DNA of 55,847 nucleotides from a virus (Duplodnaviria; Caudoviricetes): IMG/VR virus record IMGVR_UViG_3300038301_000366, positions 1 to 55,847 of that record; one strand, 5' to 3'. Shown piece by piece: positions 28,212 to 36,563 of this stretch (position 1 is its first letter; each line of letters starts with the position of its first letter). The notes under the pieces were generated by a model. It saw only the letters and a program-made list of their open reading frames with translations, ran no database searches and was not told where the DNA came from. The position numbers and the translations under genes were made by a program.

Positions 28212-28220
28212 ACTGCTCTG

Positions 28221-28233
28221 ATAGTTTTTTTAT
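28221..28233 (+). promoter_or_regulatory. Putative late promoter motif (ATAGTTTTTTTAT)
   Basis: Exact pattern upstream of the three leader-bearing genes. Confidence 0.55.
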
Positions 28234-28273
28234 GTTCTGTTATTTGCACACTGTAACAAGGAAGGCTAAAGCC

Positions 28274-28669
28274 ATGAAAAGATCAGCATCAGAAATCATT
28301 AATGAACTTGAGCAGAGAATCGCTAGCCTTGAGAAGCAATCTTCCTCTCCTGTTTTTGAACTTGAGGGGCACATCTACGAAGGTTCAAATGGTGATTATT
28401 ATGTCCGTAAGCGAGGCGACCTTAAGGAGATCACTAGTTACATCGAAAGTTGGCCTAATAGAGTCTTAATTGCAGAAGATGAAGGTTATGATTGGAAGAT
28501 AAAGTATGACTATAAGCACTTCTTTGGTTTTACTGCATCTAATGGGCTAACAGAGCTTGAACTGTTTTGTGTAGAGGGAGAATGTAGGACTGAAGTACGT
28601 CAGCTTGAGTTACTTCTTCGCAAAGTACTTTTAATTCCTCGTAGTGTTCGCACTGACTTCAACAAGTAA
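28274..28669 (+). CDS. Leader-tagged hypothetical protein (MKRSASEIINELEQRIASLEKQS)
   Basis: Start reassigned to 28274 from the shared leader and the AAGGAAGG RBS; body resembles the ORF at 55423. Confidence 0.75.
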   Translation: MKRSASEIINELEQRIASLEKQSSSPVFELEGHIYEGSNGDYYVRKRGDLKEITSYIESWPNRVLIAEDEGYDWKIKYDYKHFFGFTASNGLTELELFCVEGECRTEVRQLELLLRKVLLIPRSVRTDFNK

Positions 28670-28688
28670 TCTGAAGAAAGAAAAAGCA

Positions 28689-29372
28689 ATGAGAAGAAGA
28701 GCCTCAGAAGTAATTCATGATTTAGAAATAAGAATCGCCCATCTTGAAAGAGAAGCTTTTTTGGGTGATTCCCTAGATTCAGTTAAAAGAAATCTCGTAA
28801 AGTTATTTGATAAGATACCTTACATGAGAGAGATCATTGCTTTACTCAAAAAGGTTTCTAATACTAGAAGCATGAAGGGGGCTCGCACTCTTGCAAAGCA
28901 ACTAGTGTATATTTACGATTATGATCCTGAGTATCAAATCTTAGAAGATCATATCATGAAAACGGAGAGGACTTTGAAAGGTCGTATTGGGTTGGCTTTA
29001 GATATGCTAGTTTCGACTGCCGAACTTAAACTAGCTAGAGATCAGTCCCCTTCTGAAGTTGCTTTGAGAAAGTTTACTCAGGGAGTTCCTGCGATATTAG
29101 TTTTGGCGGCGATACTTCAACAAATTTATTTTGTAGTCTCACCGATGCTGAGTGGGGTGCTTTTATATGCGAGTGCTACTGTTATTTTCTCTATCATTAC
29201 TTATGTTTTAGCGGTGGGTTATAATAAGTTATCTGACATTTTAGAGCCAATCTTAGAGGGTAGAGGTTCACAATCTAAGCTCAGAACGAGTAGTGGTTCA
29301 ATGTCTAGGGTTGCTTACGCTCTTGAAGAGGCTATTCAATATCACAACCTAGAAGCAGAACGGTTAAAGTAA
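28689..29372 (+). CDS. Leader-tagged membrane protein (MRRRASEVIHDLEIRIAHLEREA)
   Basis: Start reassigned to 28689; two TM-like segments. Confidence 0.75.
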   Translation: MRRRASEVIHDLEIRIAHLEREAFLGDSLDSVKRNLVKLFDKIPYMREIIALLKKVSNTRSMKGARTLAKQLVYIYDYDPEYQILEDHIMKTERTLKGRIGLALDMLVSTAELKLARDQSPSEVALRKFTQGVPAILVLAAILQQIYFVVSPMLSGVLLYASATVIFSIITYVLAVGYNKLSDILEPILEGRGSQSKLRTSSGSMSRVAYALEEAIQYHNLEAERLK

Positions 29373-29374
29373 CC

Positions 29375-30487
29375 ATGAGAAGAACTGCATCAGAAATCAT
29401 TAATGACCTTGAAATTAGAGTAGCCGAGCTAGAGAAAGAAGCGGGCTTTATAGATGATATTTCAAGCACTTTTAATGGGCTTGTTAATATCCCTAAGAAC
29501 ATTGTTAAGAAGATCATCAATGGGTTTGCGGATATCTACAATACAATACAGCTTGAGTTTGAGGGAAATGAATCCAAGATTAACGACTCTTTAGGGGCGT
29601 TGTTGGGTTCAAGGGTTTTTAGAGCGATGGCGGGAGTGACAACTACAAGAGCGGGCTTACCTAAGATCGTTTCTTTCAATGCTTCAGTGCCTTTAAACTC
29701 AATATTCACAGGGGGAAAAGCTGAAGATAAAAAGATTCAGTTAAAAGACCTTGTTAAAAAGTATGTGGGTGAAAACCAAACGAGAATGAAAAGTGCTTAT
29801 CTTTCTTGGTATTCGGATTTCAAACACATCCTTAACCCTAAAAAGATTAGTGAAGGTGAGAGTTTTAAAATCTTCATGGATGCTCTTAAAAGGTATTCTA
29901 AGGTACTTTATCGGTTTTTCACATCTCTCATAGGGGTAGTGGGGATAATGGCTTTAAAAGGTACGGTAGTGTCCACCATCATAGTGATGATAGCTCGTTT
30001 GATCGTCCAAGCTTCAGGTTTAAGAACCACTCTAGCAGATATGACTGAGTATACAGCTTTGAGTCAAAATACAAGGGTTCGTATTGTACAAGAAGTCCCT
30101 TCGACCACACAGCTACCCACGATAGAAGAAGCCCAAGACCTTGCTAAAAAAATGGAAGTTGCAATGTCAAAAGGTGATCTTACATTAGACGCTATCCCTG
30201 CTTCAGATAATAACTTTCTTCAAATCGAAACAACAACGATAGAAACGCCAATGTCTCAATATCAACCCATAAACTTGGATGCAGATCAGGTTAAGGATTA
30301 TCTAAAACAAAACATAGGTAGTTTTGCACCACTCATCCTAACAGGGTTTTTAGCTCTTTTAGAGAAAGCGATGTATCGTTGGGTTGTCAATACTGAAGAA
30401 TATGATGAGATGGTAGAGGGTAAGACAGCGAGTCAATATCCTGCCATCACTTATCTAACGTATAAGTTAGAGACAATAGCTTTATAG
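29375..30487 (+). CDS. Leader-tagged membrane-associated protein (MRRTASEIINDLEIRVAELEKEA)
   Basis: Shared leader; hydrophobic segments; C-terminal KTAS. Confidence 0.78.
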   Translation: MRRTASEIINDLEIRVAELEKEAGFIDDISSTFNGLVNIPKNIVKKIINGFADIYNTIQLEFEGNESKINDSLGALLGSRVFRAMAGVTTTRAGLPKIVSFNASVPLNSIFTGGKAEDKKIQLKDLVKKYVGENQTRMKSAYLSWYSDFKHILNPKKISEGESFKIFMDALKRYSKVLYRFFTSLIGVVGIMALKGTVVSTIIVMIARLIVQASGLRTTLADMTEYTALSQNTRVRIVQEVPSTTQLPTIEEAQDLAKKMEVAMSKGDLTLDAIPASDNNFLQIETTTIETPMSQYQPINLDADQVKDYLKQNIGSFAPLILTGFLALLEKAMYRWVVNTEEYDEMVEGKTASQYPAITYLTYKLETIAL

Positions 30488-30558
30488 CTTCAAAACATTT
30501 ATGGGTTGGGGGGTTCTTAGTCTTTTTATTCTCTTTCCTTTCAAGAAAGAGGTAAAAG

Positions 30559-30900
30559 ATGGAAGCAATCTTTAATCTTATCTTCGAGAATTACATCTCT
30601 AAAAAAACCACGACCACTTGGAAGGTTATAGTGGATGCATTTGGAGGGCAGGAGTTCCTTAAATCTAAAATAGGTTTAATATATGTCTTTGCCACCACTG
30701 ATTCCGTCACTTTGTTTTTTCGGAATGGGTTAAGTAAGCCCAATAGAGTAGAGGTGCTACGAACTGCTGAAAATAGACATAGGGTTATATTTAGGACGGT
30801 TGAGAATTACGTTTATTTTGTACACTCTGTTTTCCATGACGTGAAAAAAGAAGATTTCATTTCTTTATTCGAGAGAGAAACAAACTTGTCTATTCAGTAA
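30559..30900 (+). CDS. Hypothetical protein
   Basis: GAGG RBS; late-type motif TTAGTCTTTTTAT at 30517..30529. Confidence 0.65.
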   Translation: MEAIFNLIFENYISKKTTTTWKVIVDAFGGQEFLKSKIGLIYVFATTDSVTLFFRNGLSKPNRVEVLRTAENRHRVIFRTVENYVYFVHSVFHDVKKEDFISLFERETNLSIQ

Positions 30901-30941
30901 TCTCTTTATTTATCGTTGTTAGTTACAACAAGGAGTTAAGT

Positions 30942-31199
30942 ATGTCACAAAGAAGTGAAAGCACCGAAAAGGCTTTAGATTGGGTCTTTAAAATCACGAC
31001 TGCTCTTGTGATACCTGCATTAGTTTGGTCTTTTAAACTTTCTACTCAAGTTACTGTGTTGGAGCAACAATTTATCGCTCAAGAAAAAGAGATAGTACAA
31101 ATGAGAGAGGATTTCAAAGAGCAAATAAATGCAGGTAATGAGAAGTTGTCTAAAATTTATGAAACACTCATTAAGCAAAAATTAGGAGCCCCCCCATGA
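30942..31199 (+). CDS. Single-TM plus coiled-coil protein (holin/XhlA-like candidate)
   Basis: WVFKITTALVIPALVWSF followed by a coiled coil; AAGGAG RBS; motif GTAATCTCTTTAT at 30897..30909. Confidence 0.5.
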   Translation: MSQRSESTEKALDWVFKITTALVIPALVWSFKLSTQVTVLEQQFIAQEKEIVQMREDFKEQINAGNEKLSKIYETLIKQKLGAPP

Positions 31200-31540
31200 A
31201 ATCTTTCTCCGTTTACCTTTTAGTTGTTATTTCAGGTCTTATATTTATATCTTCCACACCTACTCTTTCTCTTTCTGAGGTGAAGAGTAAGGTTAAAAGA
31301 CCTATTAGGATCTCTATCTCAGAGAAGAACAGTATTGAAGAAAAGGTGAAGACTGTAAAAACCCCAATAATAACTAAGAAGTTAAAGTCTAACACATCAG
31401 AACTTTTAAAAAATGTGGAAACCATGCCCAAAAAAAATATGGCTGTGGTAAAAGAATATCGTCAAGCCACCCTTTCAGAGGCGGCTCAAACCTTTAATCG
31501 AAAGTGCTTAGAGTTAGAAGCACTTCTCAAGGAGAGATGA
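31196..31540 (+). CDS. N-terminally anchored or secreted small protein
   Basis: Hydrophobic N-terminus, basic and coiled-coil body; ATGA coupling. Confidence 0.55.
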   Translation: MKSFSVYLLVVISGLIFISSTPTLSLSEVKSKVKRPIRISISEKNSIEEKVKTVKTPIITKKLKSNTSELLKNVETMPKKNMAVVKEYRQATLSEAAQTFNRKCLELEALLKER

Positions 31541-31543
31541 TAT

Positions 31544-31846
31544 ATGAGCGACAATCAAACACCCGTACAAGTTGGTTCACTAAATGAAGAAGAACTTTCA
31601 GAGTTCACTCAAGTTCGTAACCTTGCTTCTCAAATGATTCAGCAGTTGGGATCACTAGAGCTTCGTAAGTCTCGACTTGTTACGGATTTGGAAGCGAATG
31701 AACAAAAAGCACAAAATGTTCTTTCTCAAGCTCGTCAACGAGTAGGGATTGAGGACGACACCCCTTGGCAAATTCGAGATGATGGCTCGATCTTCGCTTT
31801 ACAGTCTGAAGAGACTACCTCTGAGGAGGAGACAAGCGAGGGCTAG
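31544..31846 (+). CDS. Small acidic coiled-coil protein
   Basis: AAGGAG RBS; heptad pattern. Confidence 0.65.
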   Translation: MSDNQTPVQVGSLNEEELSEFTQVRNLASQMIQQLGSLELRKSRLVTDLEANEQKAQNVLSQARQRVGIEDDTPWQIRDDGSIFALQSEETTSEEETSEG

Positions 31847-31858
31847 AAAGAGGCTCTT

Positions 31859-33220
31859 ATGACAGCAGGTTGGTACAAAAGTAGAACAGCATACCCTTTG
31901 CCCCCGTTGTCTACGAGTGCGATTTCGCCTTACCTTAAGAACAAGATAGACTTGAGGTGGGAGAACCCTTCTATTAGACATGAAAACGAAGGTTGGATTG
32001 TCAGAGGGGTTAATATCTATAGATCAGAAGCTTCTGATCTTGGCCCTTATAGGAGAGTAAATCTTACTCCTGTAGGAGGCACTTTCTTTAGAGATGAAAA
32101 CCATACTTTCACTATTCATAATGAAGTGGTGAACACTTGGATTTCTAAGGGGGATCAAGCCGAGAGAGCTTATAGATTTAAAACGGTAAATCCGATTTCA
32201 AGCTCTTCAGAACTAGGGACTCCCTCTGTGTCTCCAAAAGATGTTCTTGTTACTATAGACGGTGATATAACTCCTGTTCATATGGTGCTAGGTGAGTTGG
32301 GTGAGGTGTCTCTTTTAGAGTACACTTTACCTAACGCAAAAAACCTTAGAGAAGAGTCCTTCCCTCACCCGATTAAAGAAGACTCTGAAGTGCTTGTGAG
32401 CTACATAGGATACAACCCTTCAAACCGAGTGCGCTTAGGTGTAGATAAGAAGGATTATTACAGGATAACGACAGTAGCAGAAGACCCACAAACAGGAGAT
32501 CTTTTTGAAACGCCTTTAGATCAATGTCCTCCTTTTTCTGATCGTGAAATAGAGAGAGTTGATTATATGTGGAGAGAGGGCATTAGACGTAATAATTGGA
32601 TACTTGATCAAGGTGGAGAAAGAGTTAAGTTGTTTGTCCGTAGAGTTTCGGGAGAGCCTTGTGGTTGTGGGGACTTCAACAGAGAAACTCTTATTTATGC
32701 GAAGCAACCTGACTCTCTTTGTATGATGTGTTTCGGCACAGGTATTCGAGGGGGGTATGATGGACCTTATGACATTATAGTTGGACCTGATGATGGAGAG
32801 AAAGCGATCACTCAAGAAAACACAGGTAGACGTAAGACTCACAATTATGGTGTTTGGATTGGACCTAGTCCGATAGTAAATCAGAGGGACTTTATTGTGA
32901 AACAAAATAATGACCGTTACTCAATAGGCCCTGTTTCTTTCGCTTCTAATCGAGGCAACATACTCCACCAAACTTTTAGTATTTCTTATCTCGATTCTGG
33001 AGAGATCAGATACAAAGTTCCTGTTGGCGGAGTTCCTGTTTCTTGGGGTGATGTGAGATATACTTATAAGCCCTATAGGGATACTTATCACGCTAGGGGT
33101 GACGCTCCCTTCTTAGCTTCTCCGAGTTCTGCATACCCCTTAGAAAGTGATCGTAAAGATAAACCTAACGCTTATGAGGTTAGAGGTCGTACAGGTACTT
33201 GGGAAAACCATCACTCTTAG
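31859..33220 (+). CDS. Putative neck/head-closure protein with an FN3-like N-terminus and a Zn finger
   Basis: IDLRWE...GVNIYRS...GPY (FN3-like); GGERVKLFVRR..GEPCGC...CMMCFGTGIRGGY; PIVNQRDFIV...RY.I. Confidence 0.55.
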   Translation: MTAGWYKSRTAYPLPPLSTSAISPYLKNKIDLRWENPSIRHENEGWIVRGVNIYRSEASDLGPYRRVNLTPVGGTFFRDENHTFTIHNEVVNTWISKGDQAERAYRFKTVNPISSSSELGTPSVSPKDVLVTIDGDITPVHMVLGELGEVSLLEYTLPNAKNLREESFPHPIKEDSEVLVSYIGYNPSNRVRLGVDKKDYYRITTVAEDPQTGDLFETPLDQCPPFSDREIERVDYMWREGIRRNNWILDQGGERVKLFVRRVSGEPCGCGDFNRETLIYAKQPDSLCMMCFGTGIRGGYDGPYDIIVGPDDGEKAITQENTGRRKTHNYGVWIGPSPIVNQRDFIVKQNNDRYSIGPVSFASNRGNILHQTFSISYLDSGEIRYKVPVGGVPVSWGDVRYTYKPYRDTYHARGDAPFLASPSSAYPLESDRKDKPNAYEVRGRTGTWENHHS

Positions 33221-33230
33221 AGGTTAAATT

Positions 33231-33800
33231 ATGGTCAATAAAAAGAAGCCCTTTATCCTCAAAAAAAAGAGAGTCCCTAAAGTTAAAGCTATGAAAGATG
33301 GTGTGAAGCTTAAGAGCGTTAGGGTTACGGATGAAGAAATCATTAAGGTAATAGCGAGCCATGCTGTTCTATATGTAAGAATGGCTGCAGTAAAAGCTTC
33401 TTACTTAGGAGCACCTTCCATCATAAGAACGGTTGAGTTTAAAAACTCTCTCGGCTATGAGATCGTCCAAGATAGTAGGGGGGGGTATAGTTTTAAACTC
33501 ACTCTTAAATATGATGATCGGTGGAGTTGGGTTTGTGATTACTTAGAAAGTTCAGGTAAACCTTTCCCTATGAAGTGGCTTACTAAAGATCAACTTAAAA
33601 AAACAAAAACGATACCGATTAAAGACAAAGAAACAGGGGAGATTGTGTTTCGCACCACTCCTTTAACGACAAAGAAAGCATGGATACATCCAGGAATTAA
33701 GAAAGGTATGTGGATTGATGAGGGTATAGAAAAGGGGATACGAAGGGCGATGCCGACAGTATCAAAGATGGTAAAAGCTAAAATGATTGAAGGTAGGTAA
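33231..33800 (+). CDS. Putative virion morphogenesis protein (HK97 gp10-like neck)
   Basis: Basic; VFR...WIHPGIKKGMWIDEGI resembles the V.HPG..p..F tail of this family. Confidence 0.45.
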   Translation: MVNKKKPFILKKKRVPKVKAMKDGVKLKSVRVTDEEIIKVIASHAVLYVRMAAVKASYLGAPSIIRTVEFKNSLGYEIVQDSRGGYSFKLTLKYDDRWSWVCDYLESSGKPFPMKWLTKDQLKKTKTIPIKDKETGEIVFRTTPLTTKKAWIHPGIKKGMWIDEGIEKGIRRAMPTVSKMVKAKMIEGR

Positions 33801-33801
33801 A

Positions 33802-34446
33802 ATGATTTATGTTGTTAAATGTCAGATAGACAGTCTTTCTATTTCTTCTCTTGGGATTAAGATGAAGAAGGGCGACTCTTTTGAGTGTCCTAAAAGGATT
33901 TATGATTCTAATATTGAGATAAAGAGTTTGATTTCTTCGGGGGCGGTTACTTCATACCCTAAAATGCCTGTAGTCCAAGAGGTTCAGAGAAGGGGTTTGA
34001 TTGCCCGTACTCGTATTAAAGCTACCCCACCCCCTGAACCAAAGATAGTGGTGCAGGAAACTGTGCATCATCATGAAAAAGTGGTGCAGAAAAATGTACA
34101 TCATCATGAAAAAGTGGTGCAGGAAACTGTGCATCATCACCATGAGAGCAAAGTTGATTTAGATGATCTAGCTTCTAAACTCTTAGAGAAACTTAGTGGT
34201 GTGATCTCTCCTGAAATAATAGCCCAAGCTGTAGCGAGTCAAATACCTAAGCAAGTTGTAGTTCAAACATCAAATGCAGAGAAGTCTTTTGATTCAAGTT
34301 CCGAGGAGCTGACTTTTATCCCATCAAAGATCATATCTGATGAGTTGAAGTCTTCTTCATCAAATGTTTCAGAGTCTAGTAGTCAAGATGAAGGGCTGAA
34401 TGACGCTCTTTCTGCTCTAAGGGCTATGAAGAAAAGTAAAAAGTAA
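33802..34446 (+). CDS. Hypothetical protein with His-rich tandem repeats
   Basis: ATG at 33802 behind AGGTAGG; (VVQETVHHHEK)x3. Confidence 0.65.
   Translation: MIYVVKCQIDSLSISSLGIKMKKGDSFECPKRIYDSNIEIKSLISSGAVTSYPKMPVVQEVQRRGLIARTRIKATPPPEPKIVVQETVHHHEKVVQKNVHHHEKVVQETVHHHHESKVDLDDLASKLLEKLSGVISPEIIAQAVASQIPKQVVVQTSNAEKSFDSSSEELTFIPSKIISDELKSSSSNVSESSSQDEGLNDALSALRAMKKSKK
34048..34146 (+). repeat. 33-bp tandem repeat x3 (imperfect), in frame
   Basis: GTGGTGCAG(G/A)AAA(C/A)TGT(G/A)CATCAT... units read directly. Confidence 0.85.
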
Positions 34447-34458
34447 TAAATGCTTTAT
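34446..34458 (+). promoter_or_regulatory. Putative late promoter motif (ATAAATGCTTTAT)
   Basis: Exact pattern right after a stop codon. Confidence 0.5.
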
Positions 34459-34486
34459 GCTTTCCCATTAAAAAAAGGAGAGCAAA

Positions 34487-35458
34487 ATGAGTGAATACCA
34501 TTCCAATAAAATCATGGTTTACCTCCCTACTTCAGAAGTACAAAAAATCTTGGGTTTGAGTAAAAAAACGGATGTGTTTCTTGATGAATACCAAGTTAAA
34601 ATCCGTAAGCGTGGGGACAATACTTTAGTTTTGGTTGAGGTATTAGACACTGCGATTTTAGGTGGCATTGAAGAGGGTATCGCACAAGTGAGATCTCGTC
34701 TTTATAACCACCTAACAGACAAAGACTCAATAGCAAGAGTCTTAGATGTTCTTTCCGTTAGACCTGAGAGTGAGTTTTTTCAAGGTATTCTTTCAGACCT
34801 TCAAAATGGAGATCCTCTTTCTTATAGGATTGATGAGATTCTTTCCGAGATTGAGGAGAGGAAAGAAAACCCTGATTCTAAGGTTTTAAGCCTTATTGAG
34901 AGTGCTAAAAGTAAGCAACCAAATAGTAGATTCATTAAAAGTCTTGAAGGTCAGTTTAGAGGTGGGTTTGATCTTTCTGAAGGTCAAATCAGTGCGCTAG
35001 AAAAAATTGTAACACCTGTTATTAACCAAGGTCAGTTGGACTTAGTTGATAACGCTCTCTCCTCTCAACCAAACAGCAGGTTTTTAAAGCAATTGAAGTC
35101 TGTATTAGAGGGTGGGAGGTCTTTATCTCAAAAGCAGTTGGGCGTTGTAAATCAAATTCTAAACCCTCAACAGCAGTCTTCTTCTCCTTCCTCTTCTTCA
35201 GACCCTCAGACTAGACTTCTTGAAGATCTTTCAGCTAACGGAAGGTATCTTACTCGTGATGACTATTTAGTAATCCGAAATGCCTTAAAGGGGGGTCAGC
35301 TAGATGAAGAACAAAGAAAGAGACTCCGACACCTTATTTATAAAAACACTAGAAGACTTCAGAACACTTACTCAAGAGATGAAGTAAGGCAGATCTTAAA
35401 AAAGGCTTCCGCTAGAGTTGTAGCTATGTTTTTAAATAACCCTCCATCAGATCAGTGA
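34487..35458 (+). CDS. Hypothetical protein with three FLxSL..Q...G..LS..Q modules and a C-terminal KKASARVVAMFL tag
   Basis: PNSRFIKSLEGQFRGGFDLSEGQ, PNSRFLKQLKSVLEGGRSLSQKQ; AAGGAG RBS. Confidence 0.75.
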   Translation: MSEYHSNKIMVYLPTSEVQKILGLSKKTDVFLDEYQVKIRKRGDNTLVLVEVLDTAILGGIEEGIAQVRSRLYNHLTDKDSIARVLDVLSVRPESEFFQGILSDLQNGDPLSYRIDEILSEIEERKENPDSKVLSLIESAKSKQPNSRFIKSLEGQFRGGFDLSEGQISALEKIVTPVINQGQLDLVDNALSSQPNSRFLKQLKSVLEGGRSLSQKQLGVVNQILNPQQQSSSPSSSSDPQTRLLEDLSANGRYLTRDDYLVIRNALKGGQLDEEQRKRLRHLIYKNTRRLQNTYSRDEVRQILKKASARVVAMFLNNPPSDQ

Positions 35459-35546
35459 TATCTTTGTTTATCTCACGCTATAAAACTCTTGTACTTTCTT
35501 CGTTTCTATCTAACAATCAAATTGTTCTTTTTAGATTGGGAAAAAA

Positions 35547-35735
35547 ATGGAAGATGATTTAAGTAAAAAAGTCGAGTGGCAAGACTTTAGTTTAGAAGAG
35601 ACAAATGATTTTGAAGTGATGAAAGTCTATAAGAAAGTCATCATTATTGATTTGAATGGTAAAAGATTTGAGTTTAAAGGGAGGTTTTGTGTGAACCCTC
35701 AAGAAGATAGGGTTGTCGCAACCGCTTTACCTTAA
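35547..35735 (+). CDS. Hypothetical protein
   Basis: 62-aa ORF in an intergenic gap. Confidence 0.5.
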   Translation: MEDDLSKKVEWQDFSLEETNDFEVMKVYKKVIIIDLNGKRFEFKGRFCVNPQEDRVVATALP

Positions 35736-35738
35736 GTA

Positions 35739-35801
35739 ATACTTTTTTTATATATGTACGTTTTTGTTTTTAGGGCAAAGATTGTCTTATAATCTTTTTA
35801 T
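35739..35801 (+). promoter_or_regulatory. Two tandem late-motif copies (35739..35751 ATACTTTTTTTAT; 35789..35801 ATAATCTTTTTAT)
   Basis: Both are exact ATA-N6-YTAT, upstream of a leader-tagged gene. Confidence 0.55.
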
Positions 35802-35858
35802 GAGATAACATAGTTGATGTTTCTCTAACTACAAATTGAAAGACTTAGGAGTCTAACT

Positions 35859-36560
35859 ATGAGAAGAACAGCTTCAGAAATTTTAAATGGTCTTGAGATG
35901 AGAGTTGCTCGTCTTGAGCGTACCGCCAATACTCGCAGAGACCCTCGCAAAGTAGGACCTCGCACTCTTGTTGATCAAAACGAGGATGCACAGGATATCC
36001 TTGACCTTGCACAAGGCGCAGGCTTCCGAGGAGCTAAGATTCAGTACCAAGGTGACAATCCTGTTGTTGTTCTTGAGCGCAATCACTACATCTTCCTTAC
36101 TGATAAAGGATATGAGATTGAGAACCCACAGGGTGGCTCAACATTCACTTTTAAGTTTGGTGATGTTAAACACCACATTCAGAGTGAAGGTGGTTCTTTC
36201 GGTGGTTCTGAGATTGGCATGGAGAGTATGGAGCTTACTCCTACTTTTGAGGATGTACACAATCTCCTAACTGCTGACGGTGGTTACATGGGCGAGCGTT
36301 GGCAACGAGCATCTAATGATCGCTTCATCGGTGGCGATTATCTTATGAATGTTAAACTTACTCGCATGGGAATCAAGTTCTCCCTTACAGGACCCGACCT
36401 TAAACGTGGTGAGTCTATTTCTGAGGTTCGTGGTATGGTTAAGGGCGATGATCGTATGGAGCAACTCGAAGCTCTTTCTCAACGTCTTGATGCTATCGCA
36501 ATGGCAGCAGGCAAGCGCAAATCTAAAAGCCGTATGAGAGCTTTGAAGGCTTTAGGTTAA
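35859..36560 (+). CDS. Leader-tagged hypothetical protein (MRRTASEILNGLEMRVARLERTA)
   Basis: Shared leader; AGGAG RBS; strongly biased codons (CGT/CTT/GGT) suggest high expression. Confidence 0.8.
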   Translation: MRRTASEILNGLEMRVARLERTANTRRDPRKVGPRTLVDQNEDAQDILDLAQGAGFRGAKIQYQGDNPVVVLERNHYIFLTDKGYEIENPQGGSTFTFKFGDVKHHIQSEGGSFGGSEIGMESMELTPTFEDVHNLLTADGGYMGERWQRASNDRFIGGDYLMNVKLTRMGIKFSLTGPDLKRGESISEVRGMVKGDDRMEQLEALSQRLDAIAMAAGKRKSKSRMRALKALG

Positions 36561-36563
36561 GAC

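Noticed and set aside
26710-28273. Group I intron or intein hosting the endonuclease
   Set aside because: The flanking genes look complete (a normal stop upstream, a fresh leader downstream), and the gaps are too short for a ribozyme core.
28232-28688. Listed starts at 28232 and 28644 (also 7337, 16593, 26787, 33787, 38361)
   Set aside because: Downstream in-frame starts have better RBSs, avoid overlaps, or coincide with the shared leader.
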